The notes beneath the pieces were generated by a model. The model did no database searches, was not told the origin of the DNA, and worked only from the letters and a program-made list of their open reading frames with translations. Of a stretch of DNA of 25,533 bases, positions 1-8,877 are shown piece after piece. The translations under genes were made by a program, and so were the position numbers. Each line of letters begins with the position of its first letter. Position 1 is the first letter of the stretch. This DNA comes from a virus (taxonomy: Duplodnaviria > Caudoviricetes), in the IMG/VR virus record IMGVR_UViG_3300044630_000112, positions 1 through 25,533 of that record. One strand, 5' to 3'.

Positions 1-751
1 CTACTCCGCTTCCTCCAGAACCACTAGAAGCGCCAACGCCGCCTCTTGAACCACCACCGCCTCCACCTAAATTAGCCGTACCTGAAGTTCCACTTCCTGT
101 ACCTGAACCAGCACCGCCGCCGCCTGTTCCTCCAGCAGTATTTGAGCCTGTACCGCCTGAGTAACCATTACCGCCACCGCCACCGCCACCATAAGTAATG
201 CTAGTTCCAGTAATAGAAGTCGCTACACCGTTGCCACCAGTTTGTCCTGAAGGAATAGCACCAGCGCCACCGCCAGCACCGCCAACAGTAGCGCCACCTG
301 AGTTTCCTGTACCACCTGCAAAACCTTGATTTGCCGTAGGAGTTCCGCTACCGCTAGGTGCGTAGCCACCACCACCGCCAGCGCTACCACCATCTCCGCC
401 TGTGGTAGAAGCCGCAGCAGAAGGGCTTGCACCTGCACCGCCGCCAATAGAAGTTATAGTGCTAAATACCGAGTTGCTACCTTTAACGCCTTGAGCGCCA
501 CCTGCACCAACTGTTACTGTGTAGTTTGTAGAGCCAGTGATAGTAAGTGCGGTTTCTAAACTTCCGCCACCACCTGTTGCTGTAACTGTGGAACGAAGTC
601 CACCAGCACCGCCACCACCGCGAGCGTAAGGTTGTGCTGGAGAAACTAACTCATTGCCACCACCACCACCACCTGCTACAACTAAATAATTAACAGTTAG
701 AGGTGGTATTACTTTTAATCTACTGCTTGCAATAATTCCTAGAATTGGCAT
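1..751 (-). CDS. Glycine-rich fibre-tip adhesin / receptor-binding protein (3' end outside window)
   Basis: Not in the ORF track; translated by hand from ATG at 751, which overlaps the upstream TAA. MPILGIIASSRLKVIPPLTVNYLVVAGGGGG...GGGGAGGLRSTVTATGGGGSLETAL...NYTVTVGAGG...GSNSVFSTITSIGGG...NQGFAGG...YGGGGGGG...GTANLGGGGGG...GSGGSGV, open to base 1. Typical polyglycine (gp38-like) domain. Confidence 0.85.
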   Translation of the reverse strand, partial: MPILGIIASSRLKVIPPLTVNYLVVAGGGGGGNELVSPAQPYARGGGGAGGLRSTVTATGGGGSLETALTITGSTNYTVTVGAGGAQGVKGSNSVFSTITSIGGGAGASPSAAASTTGGDGGSAGGGGGYAPSGSGTPTANQGFAGGTGNSGGATVGGAGGGAGAIPSGQTGGNGVATSITGTSITYGGGGGGGNGYSGGTGSNTAGGTGGGGAGSGTGSGTSGTANLGGGGGGSRGGVGASSGSGGSGV

Positions 752-1737
752 TATTCAATATCTCCAATAACTATCCAAGAATTAGCAGCAATTTTCATGG
801 CTGTTGCCATTGAGTTAGCCACGCGCAATTCTGGAGTAGCACTTGTAGCGCCTGTTGAAATAACTGTTGTAGTTCCTGGAGTTACTGCACCTATTGTTGG
901 CTGACCTGCACCAGTAATCCAAAACACATTGAATTGAGTTCCAATAGCAAAATTAAATGTTGCATCTGTTGGAATGTTAAATTGTTGAGTAGCGGCATTA
1001 TTCATTGAAAATAAATTGCCTTCATCACCTGAAACAAAAGTATAAGAAGCAGTTTTTGCTGAGTAGGTTAATGAAATTTTTGGCGTAGCGATAACGGGTG
1101 ATGTTAAAGTTTTATTTGTAAGTGTTTCAGAACCAGTCAAAGTTGCAACAGTAGCGTCAATAGCCACGGAAGGAATAGGGCCAGTTCCATTTGTTACTGT
1201 AATGCCAGTGCCACCTTGCACTTCTGTTATGTCACCTGTTGGTAAATTTGTTGTTGTGTTTACGCGTGTATCTGTAATGTTTCCTGAATTAATTTGAGTA
1301 ACAGCCGCGCCAACGGCAACAGTTGCTAATGTAATTGAGTTTGCAGGTAGCGTAGGAGCAACAGGAGATCCAGCGGGAGTTCCAGCAATAACTTGATAAA
1401 TTACATCATTGCTTGCGCCTGAATAATAAGCATCTCTTACGGTCATGCAAACAAGATCAATGCGTGGGTTTGTTGGATCAGCAGTTGTAATAGTTAAAGT
1501 TACAGTTGCGTCATTGTAAGCAGTGTAAGCGCCCATGTTGCTTGTAGTTGTACCAATAACAGCGGCCCAACCTGAAGCAACGCGTACTGACATACCAGCA
1601 GGAGAATTAGCGGTAACAGCCATAGAAGAAGAACCAATAATGCCTGTTGTGGCATACAAAGCCTGTTGATTTAAACGGTCATATTGAGCAGGATAAGAAC
1701 CTGCCTGTAACCATGATGGCGGTGTTTGTAGTGTCAT
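751..1737 (-). CDS. Minor tail / short tail fibre protein with C-terminal tip domain
   Basis: 328 aa after Dit. N-terminal actinophage-like minor-tail motifs (MSVRVASG; TADPTNPRIDLVC), GDITEVQGGTGITV and ETLTNKTLTSP fibre motifs, C-terminal TASYT...IGTQ...GAGQ...WIVIGD domain. Confidence 0.8.
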   Translation of the reverse strand: MTLQTPPSWLQAGSYPAQYDRLNQQALYATTGIIGSSSMAVTANSPAGMSVRVASGWAAVIGTTTSNMGAYTAYNDATVTLTITTADPTNPRIDLVCMTVRDAYYSGASNDVIYQVIAGTPAGSPVAPTLPANSITLATVAVGAAVTQINSGNITDTRVNTTTNLPTGDITEVQGGTGITVTNGTGPIPSVAIDATVATLTGSETLTNKTLTSPVIATPKISLTYSAKTASYTFVSGDEGNLFSMNNAATQQFNIPTDATFNFAIGTQFNVFWITGAGQPTIGAVTPGTTTVISTGATSATPELRVANSMATAMKIAANSWIVIGDIE

Positions 1738-1747
1738 TTATTCTCCC

Positions 1748-2608
1748 TTAGATGTACGCAGAATACCAAGAAACGGTAGCCTGAGTAGTTCCTGCTAATG
1801 TGCTAGAGCCAGTAAAAAAGTACAAAGAGTTGCCTGGTGGTGCATCAAACCATGTGCCTGAAATTAGAAGATTACGAGCAGGAGAGCCATTTAATGTAAT
1901 CAATTGATTGTACAAATCAATTTCTAAAGTGTCCAAAGCAGTATAACTGCCAGTAAAATTAAGCGTGTTTCCACTTGTTAAATCACCAACAATAGGATTT
2001 GTAATTGGGCCTGTAATTGTGATTGTTGGATAAGCAGTACCCCAACCAATGTTTGAAATTGTTGTAGTAATTGTTGAAGAACCGCCGCCGTATGTGTAAT
2101 TAAATGTTTTATTGTATGTGCGACCTAACGCGGCTGTTATAGACATAACAGAAGTTTGTAAATTGTTATCGTAGTAATTTGGATCAGGGCAAAAAAATTC
2201 AACCTGAGATGTAATGTAACCGTATGTGTAATTTGGATCTACGGTTGTACGCAAAGCGCGCACACGGGCATTTACAAATTGTTCAGATGTAGGGCTGTTA
2301 GGAAATTTAAAATAAAGCGGTGTTGTGCCTGATGTTTGTGGCAACAATGTGCTTTGCATAATGTTGTAATTTTGTTGGGCTGAATTAGCACCTAAAGCAA
2401 AAGTATTAAAAATTATTGAGATTGTTCTGCCAGCCAAAAAGTCACGGCCCGTAAACATGCCATCATGGTATCCACGGTCATCATCTTGATTACGGATACC
2501 AGGCAATGACTCAAGGCCATCAACGCTTAAAATTTGGTAGGGAGAGTTAGCGCCGCCAAATACTTGACCATTAAAGGCAAATGAATAAACTTGAGTTAAA
2601 GTAGTCAT
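1748..2608 (-). CDS. Distal tail protein (Dit-like siphovirus tail component)
   Basis: 286 aa directly after the tape measure. Motifs GL.SLPGIR..D..R...DG, EFFCPDPNYY, NIG...AYPTITITGPITNP, LEID, PG.NSL. Confidence 0.85.
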   Translation of the reverse strand: MTTLTQVYSFAFNGQVFGGANSPYQILSVDGLESLPGIRNQDDDRGYHDGMFTGRDFLAGRTISIIFNTFALGANSAQQNYNIMQSTLLPQTSGTTPLYFKFPNSPTSEQFVNARVRALRTTVDPNYTYGYITSQVEFFCPDPNYYDNNLQTSVMSITAALGRTYNKTFNYTYGGGSSTITTTISNIGWGTAYPTITITGPITNPIVGDLTSGNTLNFTGSYTALDTLEIDLYNQLITLNGSPARNLLISGTWFDAPPGNSLYFFTGSSTLAGTTQATVSWYSAYI

Positions 2609-5600
2609 TATTCTAATATCCTTCCTGGTCTGTAAACACCTGAGATAGTTACAGCGTCACCGTATTTAATTCCGCTAACGGTAGCATCTCTAACTTGACT
2701 AGGATCAACAATAGCGTTGTTAAATGTTTGAGTAATTACGGTTGTATTGCCAGTTAATTTGTCACCCAAACCAACAATGCCGCCGCCAGGTGTGCCTTGA
2801 GGAATAATAGGAACATAACCAGGGGCGTTTGTAATAGCCGCAACCGCCGCTTTTGATCCCGCGGCTGTACCCAATTTAGCCATTTCAGCCGCAACTTCAG
2901 ACAATTTTTGTTTTAGGTCAGCCAACTTATCAGAAGTTGATTTGTTAATTTTATCAATGGCTTTTTCATAATTTTTTTGAGCCTCTAATAAAGCGTCTTG
3001 CAAAGTTTTAGCCGCGTCTGCTAACCCTTCAGCAAGATCTTTCTGAGCCTTTTCACGGGCTTCTTTAAGCGATTTAGCCGCATCAGCCATACCTTTATCA
3101 AGATCTTTTTGCGCTTCAGCCATAGTTTCTGCAAGTGTTTTTGCGGCATCTGCTATTGCGTCATCAAGATCTTTTTTAGCCTTAGCCAAATTTTCTAAAT
3201 AATTTTTTTCTGCTTCTGCTAAACCTTCAGCCAAATCTTTGTTTGCTTCAATTATTGCTTCATTCATTGTTTTAAGAGCATCAGCAAGGCCATCATTAAG
3301 ATCTTTTTTAGCGGAAGCCAACGCTTCTAACAGTGCGCTTTCGGCTTCTGCCAATCTTTCATCACGGTTAATTTTGGCTTCAGCCATAGCGTCTAAATAA
3401 GAAGCGTTAGCGTCAGCCAAATTTTCATTTAAGGTTTGTTGAACTTGACTTAGCGCGGCGGTAAGATCTGTTGAAACAGCGTTGTAAGCATTAGTTAATT
3501 CTTTTGTTGCTAATTTGCCACCCTGGTTCATAGTGGTTGCAAGAGCATCTAACCCATAAGTTGAAACATTTTGAACTTCACCGTATAGAGATTGCAGTTC
3601 AGCGGTTGCTTCAGGAGAAGCATTTTTTAATGCTTCAGCAATTTTGTTACCTGCTTGTGGGCCTTGTTTAACAATTTCTTCAATGAAAACTTGACTGTAA
3701 CCCATGCCCGCAAGAGCCGCGGCGTTAGCCTGTAACTTTTTGGCTTCTTCTAAACTCTTTTTTAATTTATTTAATGCCTGTTCAGGACTTCCACCAGCAA
3801 GGGCTTCGCCTAAATCAAACCCTGTTTTAGAAGCAAAAGCATTACGCAAACGATCCATTGACTGTTGAACAATGTTTAATTGCTTATCAGCGGCAGACTT
3901 AGTTAAATCAGCAGATCTCTTAGAAGCGCTTTCGCGTAAATCTGAAAGTTTGTTTTCAAGGTTTTTAGTAAGATCAGCAATTTTTTTGCCGTAATCTTTT
4001 TCAATGTTTACTTTTTTCTCAGCCGCATTTTTCTTAGCGTTTGCAGTTACTTCATCATACCTTGTTTGTAAATCGGCAATTTTATCATTGTACGCTTTAG
4101 TTGCTTTTTCAATAGTTTCTTGATTTTTCTTTACAAGATCAGCCTTTTTTTCAGAGTAATCTTTTTCAATTTCTATAATGCGTTCGCCATAACGCTTTTC
4201 TGCTTCAGTTAAAGTATCTTTGTAACGCTTATTTGCTTTTTCTTTTGTGTCATTGTATCTGTATTGCAATTCAACAACAGCGTCATTGTAATTTTTTTCT
4301 GCTTCTAAGTTGGCTTCTGCAAAATTCTTTTGTAAGTCAGCAACTCTTTCATCATAATTTTTATGCGCTTCAAGCATGCGTTCATTGCGTTGAATTAGTT
4401 CTTCATCTGCTTTTTCTTGCGCGTCAGCAACAGCCTCATTTATGTCAGCATAAATATCAGTAACTTCTTTTTTGTATTTCTCTAATGCCTTTTTAGCCTT
4501 TTCAGCCGCTTTTCTTGCTTTTTCATCTACGGTATCACCACCGCCGCCACCGCCGCCACCACCACCTGTTGTTTCTTTATCTTTGACTTTAGTTTTATTT
4601 TGTGCGGCAGTGAAACTATCTACATTCTTTTTAAGTCCTTCAATTTTATCTGCAACCTTACTTGCGGTATCTCCAACGCCTTCAATTCCAGCATTGATTA
4701 GTTTTAATCCAGCCTTAGCCGCTCCACCGATACCAGGTAATTTAGATAATACCGTTAAGAACAATCTCATTGGCCCTGTAACAACCTTCATTACAATTGT
4801 TATGTATTCGCCCCATGCGCGGATCATAAATGCTACAAAACTAAGAACAGCCTTAGCGACCGTAGCAACACCATTTCTAAAGGTTTCGCTTTTTTTGTAT
4901 AAAATTACAAAACCTGTGGCAAGCAATGCAACAGCAGTAACAATTACGCCAATTGGATTTGCTCTCATAGCGGCGTTGAGTTTTAACATTGATGCGGCAA
5001 GCCCATTAGTAGATGCAATAGATGCTAATGTGCCAGTTCTCATAACAGTTTGAATTGCTGTGTATGCTTTTGTTACGGCTGAAGTAATAACAAGAATTGC
5101 TCTATACGCTTTCCACGCCACTACACCAGCAACAACCGCGCCAGTTAATGCCATAATTACTGTTTGATTTTCTTTGATAAATTTACCCAAAGAACGCAAA
5201 CCAGGTATAACAGTGCCAGTAAGAAAACCCATAACGGCTCTAAACGCTGGTAAAAGTTGCTTGCCCAAATCTTCTTTTAATTTGTTAAAGTCATTTCTTA
5301 ACGCTTGCATTTGGCCTTCAGGCGTATTTCTTAATTCTTCATTAAAACCTTTGTATGTTGAATTTAAAACTTTAACAATTGCCGCGGATTTTTCTGCTTC
5401 TGTTCCTTCAGAAATAAGTTTCTTTGTGTGTTCATCAAGCACAAAACCAACTCTAGTAAGAGATCCAAAGTTTCCATTAAGCGCTTGAGCCAAGCCGTTA
5501 GTCATCTGCTTAAATTCATCTGCACTTGCATTAGCGCCTTTTTCAGCGGTGACATAATCAAGAATTGCAGGTGTTAATCTTTTAATGGTGTCAGTCTGCA

Positions 5601-6006
5601 AGTTAAATGTTGCCAACTGTGATTGCGTTTGCGTGATGTTGCCGCCTGTTACAACGCCAACTTTTTCTAATGCGTCAGCCTGGGCGTTAAGTGAGGCTAT
5701 CTGTTCATCAGTTGCGCCAGTTGCAACTTTCATCAATTGGGCTAAGCGCTGTTGTTGCGCTTCCGCTTCCATTGCTTGAGCCATGACATCTTTGCCAAAT
5801 TGCAAAACTTGAGTACCAGCAAAAGCAATACCAATTGATGCACCAACTTGTTTAATCTTTGTTGCAAAACTTTCCATGCCTTTTGAGGCAGTTTTTACAG
5901 AGTCATCTACACCTTTAAGAGCGTTTTGCGCTTGCGTTAAACCTGTTTTAAGTTCACTAACATCTGCCTGTAATTTAATAAGCATTGGAGGAATTAAATC
6001 AGCCAT
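2608..6006 (-). CDS. Tape measure protein
   Basis: 1132 aa, Ala/Lys-rich and helical. N-terminal IKLQADVSEL, hydrophobic block with LNAAMRANPIG motif, 11-residue repeats; canonical position before Dit. Confidence 0.95.
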   Translation of the reverse strand: MADLIPPMLIKLQADVSELKTGLTQAQNALKGVDDSVKTASKGMESFATKIKQVGASIGIAFAGTQVLQFGKDVMAQAMEAEAQQQRLAQLMKVATGATDEQIASLNAQADALEKVGVVTGGNITQTQSQLATFNLQTDTIKRLTPAILDYVTAEKGANASADEFKQMTNGLAQALNGNFGSLTRVGFVLDEHTKKLISEGTEAEKSAAIVKVLNSTYKGFNEELRNTPEGQMQALRNDFNKLKEDLGKQLLPAFRAVMGFLTGTVIPGLRSLGKFIKENQTVIMALTGAVVAGVVAWKAYRAILVITSAVTKAYTAIQTVMRTGTLASIASTNGLAASMLKLNAAMRANPIGVIVTAVALLATGFVILYKKSETFRNGVATVAKAVLSFVAFMIRAWGEYITIVMKVVTGPMRLFLTVLSKLPGIGGAAKAGLKLINAGIEGVGDTASKVADKIEGLKKNVDSFTAAQNKTKVKDKETTGGGGGGGGGGDTVDEKARKAAEKAKKALEKYKKEVTDIYADINEAVADAQEKADEELIQRNERMLEAHKNYDERVADLQKNFAEANLEAEKNYNDAVVELQYRYNDTKEKANKRYKDTLTEAEKRYGERIIEIEKDYSEKKADLVKKNQETIEKATKAYNDKIADLQTRYDEVTANAKKNAAEKKVNIEKDYGKKIADLTKNLENKLSDLRESASKRSADLTKSAADKQLNIVQQSMDRLRNAFASKTGFDLGEALAGGSPEQALNKLKKSLEEAKKLQANAAALAGMGYSQVFIEEIVKQGPQAGNKIAEALKNASPEATAELQSLYGEVQNVSTYGLDALATTMNQGGKLATKELTNAYNAVSTDLTAALSQVQQTLNENLADANASYLDAMAEAKINRDERLAEAESALLEALASAKKDLNDGLADALKTMNEAIIEANKDLAEGLAEAEKNYLENLAKAKKDLDDAIADAAKTLAETMAEAQKDLDKGMADAAKSLKEAREKAQKDLAEGLADAAKTLQDALLEAQKNYEKAIDKINKSTSDKLADLKQKLSEVAAEMAKLGTAAGSKAAVAAITNAPGYVPIIPQGTPGGGIVGLGDKLTGNTTVITQTFNNAIVDPSQVRDATVSGIKYGDAVTISGVYRPGRILE

Positions 6007-6009
6007 TGT

Positions 6010-6480
6010 TTAACTCCCCATCTTTTCTCTCACAGCGGTTGTAAAAACCCTAGTCAATGTGCCATTTTTTAATAGCATCAACGCGGCAGGTTCTAAGTAA
6101 GGGTATTTTACTCCTGACTTCCAATTGCCGCCGCCTTTCTCAACTTGCCTGGCGTAAATCATTGTTGGCCCTACTTCAGCAGTGTAAGTTCCCAAACCAC
6201 TTCTGTAAGTTGTTTTGATAGATCTTTTCAAATTACCTGTAACAGTGTTAGGCCCTGAGCCGCCAACATGTCGCGGGGGTGTAGTAACTAAATAGGCATT
6301 ACCGCTTTTGCTTATGCGTTTTTTGTAAGAGCGTGTGCCTTGAAAGTTTAATTTTGCCTGGCGCTCAACAGCAAGGCCAACGCGCATAATTCCTAGTTGT
6401 GCGCCTTGAGCAATTTTTTCCGCTGTACCATCAATTGCGGCAAGAATATCCTTGAGATTTGTAATAACAATTTCAGCCAT
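6010..6480 (-). CDS. HK97 gp10-like tail completion / neck protein
   Basis: 156 aa with signature P.TVTGNLKRSI...VGPTMIYARQVEKGG...KYPYLEPA. Confidence 0.8.
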   Translation of the reverse strand: MAEIVITNLKDILAAIDGTAEKIAQGAQLGIMRVGLAVERQAKLNFQGTRSYKKRISKSGNAYLVTTPPRHVGGSGPNTVTGNLKRSIKTTYRSGLGTYTAEVGPTMIYARQVEKGGGNWKSGVKYPYLEPAALMLLKNGTLTRVFTTAVREKMGS

Positions 6481-6699
6481 TTACTCTCTCGCTTCTGCCT
6501 TTACTTCATCAATGGTTCTAGCAATTGCTATTAACCAGTCTGCGGTTTCTGCGGGCAAGTTATCTACCTGTTCAGGTGTCCAACCAAACCTTTCAGCCAT
6601 TGTGTAATAAAACCATTTTTCATCAGGGTAAGAGAACGCCTCATGGCGTTCCCCTCCCTTGAGTAACCATTTTAGGCGTTGGAGTTCTCGCCAAGCGCT
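6481..6699 (-). CDS. -1 frameshift extension of the tail assembly chaperone (gpG-T-like; fusion about 182 aa)
   Basis: The -1 frame after the slippery site is open for 72 codons: SAWRELQRLKWLLKGGERHEAFSYPDEKWFYYTMAERFGWTPEQVDNLPAETADWLIAIARTIDEVKAEARE-stop. It ends immediately before the next ATG; the AERFGWTP..VD.LP motif is typical of gpT/gpE'. Confidence 0.85.
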   Translation of the reverse strand, partial: SAWRELQRLKWLLKGGERHEAFSYPDEKWFYYTMAERFGWTPEQVDNLPAETADWLIAIARTIDEVKAEARE

Positions 6700-7028
6700 T
6701 TTGGGTCTGCCTCTGCTTCAGGCGTTTTAGCCAGGTTAGGGAACAGATAACTTTGAGCATCTTTTGTATGTTCTACTAAAGCATCATAATCAGTCATTGT
6801 TAATTCATCTAATGACTCAAGTTTGATTGATGGCGGAATAAGATCAAATGACCATGACTCAACAAGCATTGCAATAAGTGCATCACCTAATGCAAGCGCT
6901 TTTGTAAGATCCCCGCCTTCAGCATTGTCAGCGCTACGCATAACATTTTTGCGATCTTTAACACGCAAAGTTGCTGGATCTTTTAATGTAACTGTTGCCC
7001 CTGATGGCAGTTTTATTTCTTTAGACAT
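6672..7028 (-). CDS. Tail assembly chaperone (gpG-like)
   Basis: 118 aa after the tail tube gene. VESWSFD motif, ends ADPKALGENSNA, RBS AGGAGG. Confidence 0.85.
   Translation of the reverse strand: MSKEIKLPSGATVTLKDPATLRVKDRKNVMRSADNAEGGDLTKALALGDALIAMLVESWSFDLIPPSIKLESLDELTMTDYDALVEHTKDAQSYLFPNLAKTPEAEADPKALGENSNA
6699..6705 (-). promoter_or_regulatory. Programmed -1 ribosomal frameshift heptamer C CCA AAA
   Basis: mRNA reads GAC CCA AAA GCG (D-P-K-A) in correct X XXY YYZ phase, 8 sense codons before the chaperone stop. Confidence 0.85.
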
Positions 7029-7065
7029 GTTGCCTCCTGTTAGTTGCCTTCCTTAAATCATACCT

Positions 7066-7125
7066 AAAAAGAGCAAGCGGCGCGGGAGAGCGGGAAGGCA
7101 ATCGCCCTCAACCACGCCGCCGCCC
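7066..7125 (-). terminator. Intrinsic terminator-like long GC hairpin after the tail tube gene
   Basis: mRNA GGGC-G-GCGGCGUGG-UU-GAGGGCG [loop AUUGCCUUCC] CGCUCUC-CCGCGCCGC-UU-GCUC followed by UUUUU. Confidence 0.75.
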
Positions 7126-7134
7126 TGATCTAGT

Positions 7135-8121
7135 TTAGGCGTATGTACCTGATGGCTTTGCGTTTTGCAGTGTCCATGAGATAGGTGAGAAACCACCTGA
7201 TGCACCAGCATCAGTAGTATTTGATTGCGCATTGAAATCAACAGATACCTGTACAAAATCTTCACCGCGTTCAATTACACCAGTGGTGTAAGCGCCCTTA
7301 GTAAGAGTTGCAGAAATCTGAACTTCAGCCGCACCTGTTCCGTAATTCCAATCAAATACAAGAGCAGGTTGAGTGTTGTTAAGGAAGTTAAGCAATTGAC
7401 TGTCATCTTCCATAACAAATGTGATTTTGCCTGTTACTTCCAATGGGCCTAGAAATACCTGATATGGATCTTGTGTTGATGCAATTCCATAAATAGGTGT
7501 TGCAGGGCGCTTCATATCAATGTTGCCAGTCATGGCTGTTGCAAGAACTGAGCCACCTACTGAAACAGTACCGCGCCAAACTGGTGTTGGAAGAATTGTT
7601 GAGAATGATGGTGTTGGTGTCGCAACAACTTCTGATGACCAACCAGTGCTTTTAGCGTCATATTCAAGCATGCCGTCAGCGTTAAACTTTAATGAAAAGT
7701 CAGAGAACTGGCAACCAGGATATGAGCGAACATCAACAGCGTAAAAATCTGTTAGTGTATATGAAATTGGTTGAACATCTCCACCAACAGCAAGGCTGTT
7801 TAAAAGTGTAATGTCATGTGTATAAGGTGCGCTTGCACCTGTTGTTGCTACTTCGCCTAATAAACCAGCAATTGCATAGCCAACAGTGTCAGCAAATACA
7901 GCGCCGCCGTAATCCACTGTTGAGCGTGTGCGCCCTGGAATATAATTGTAGTTAAGAACATTTGAACCACGCAAACCTGTGTCATAAAGTGGATCAACGA
8001 TGTCCACTGGCTTGAGGGCATCTTTCATTACTGGAATGAAATCGGTTGGTGCTACTGCCGTACCGCGGGTTGCCTCTTTAGCAATACCTAAGTACGAGCG
8101 AACGGATTGCTGTACAGACAT
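7135..8121 (-). CDS. Major tail (tube) protein
   Basis: 328 aa. SYLGIAKEATRGTAVAPT..IP start, YTHDI, RSYPGC..SDFSLKFNADG, EVTGKITF; position before the chaperone. Confidence 0.88.
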   Translation of the reverse strand: MSVQQSVRSYLGIAKEATRGTAVAPTDFIPVMKDALKPVDIVDPLYDTGLRGSNVLNYNYIPGRTRSTVDYGGAVFADTVGYAIAGLLGEVATTGASAPYTHDITLLNSLAVGGDVQPISYTLTDFYAVDVRSYPGCQFSDFSLKFNADGMLEYDAKSTGWSSEVVATPTPSFSTILPTPVWRGTVSVGGSVLATAMTGNIDMKRPATPIYGIASTQDPYQVFLGPLEVTGKITFVMEDDSQLLNFLNNTQPALVFDWNYGTGAAEVQISATLTKGAYTTGVIERGEDFVQVSVDFNAQSNTTDAGASGGFSPISWTLQNAKPSGTYA

Positions 8122-8360
8122 TATTCATCTCCTAATTTATGGTCTGACGCGGCAGACATTGTGATTTTTTCTTTTGGTTTTGCTTCTTCTTTTGTTTCTT
8201 CTTTTGGTTCTGTTGGTTTTGCTGTGAAAGTTTTTTCAGCAACAGCAATTACATTTGCCGCTTTAAAACCTTCAGGCGCGTCAAACTCATCACCAGGTTT
8301 AACAGTGACCTTTACACCTGGGAACACGCGTTCATCAGTTCCATTGTATTTGTACTTCAT
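8121..8360 (-). CDS. Small hypothetical virion-module protein with Lys/Glu/Pro-rich tail
   Basis: 79 aa, coupled TAATG to the tail tube gene. MKYKYNGTDERVFP...VKPGDEFDAP then low-complexity sequence. Confidence 0.75.
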   Translation of the reverse strand: MKYKYNGTDERVFPGVKVTVKPGDEFDAPEGFKAANVIAVAEKTFTAKPTEPKEETKEEAKPKEKITMSAASDHKLGDE

Positions 8361-8370
8361 TATGTTCCCC

Positions 8371-8877
8371 TTATGCCTGGATCATCTGTGTTACGGGAAA
8401 TTGTATCTCAGCAAAGATTTCTGTGACCCCATCTTTTTCTGTACTAGGTTCACCGTAACGCGCTTGTATAACTGGTTCAGCACCTTGCCAAACAAGATTG
8501 CCTGTTGGATCTCCAAAATTATGATCAGAGCGCAAACGCTCTTTAACGCAATCAATAACCGCGTCAAAATCAGCCATTGCAAATTCAGAATTGCGGTGAA
8601 AAGAAACGCAAAAGATCTGAACAATTACAGTGTAATCAATACGCTTCCAACCGTTATGCGCACCACCAATTGCTAAACGAGTTTCATATTCATCAGCAAT
8701 GTAAACAACTGCTACGGTTCTAGTCATTTGACCAGGTTGAGCATTTACTTCATAATTAATTATTTTTGGAAATGAAGTAAATACTTGATTAAGATTTTGA
8801 ATAGGCGGGTTGAAAATAAAGCGCGAAAGCGTATCGCGTACAGCGGCGCGACCTGTAAGAAGTGGCGTTGAAGTCAT
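8371..8877 (-). CDS. Putative tail terminator (gpU/gp17-like)
   Basis: 168 aa. Helix-start VRDTLSRFI, strand YTVIVQIF, helix FDAVIDCVKERLRSD, terminal AEIQFPV; lies between adaptor and tube. Confidence 0.65.
   Translation of the reverse strand: MTSTPLLTGRAAVRDTLSRFIFNPPIQNLNQVFTSFPKIINYEVNAQPGQMTRTVAVVYIADEYETRLAIGGAHNGWKRIDYTVIVQIFCVSFHRNSEFAMADFDAVIDCVKERLRSDHNFGDPTGNLVWQGAEPVIQARYGEPSTEKDGVTEIFAEIQFPVTQMIQA

Noticed and set aside
4472-5053. 193-aa plus-strand ORF with poly-Pro
   Set aside because: Antisense shadow of the tape measure; the poly-Pro mirrors the Gly10 run.
7053-7274. 73-aa minus-strand ORF across the tube-chaperone gap
   Set aside because: Alternative frame of the tube 3' end running through the hairpin; no RBS or protein-like features.
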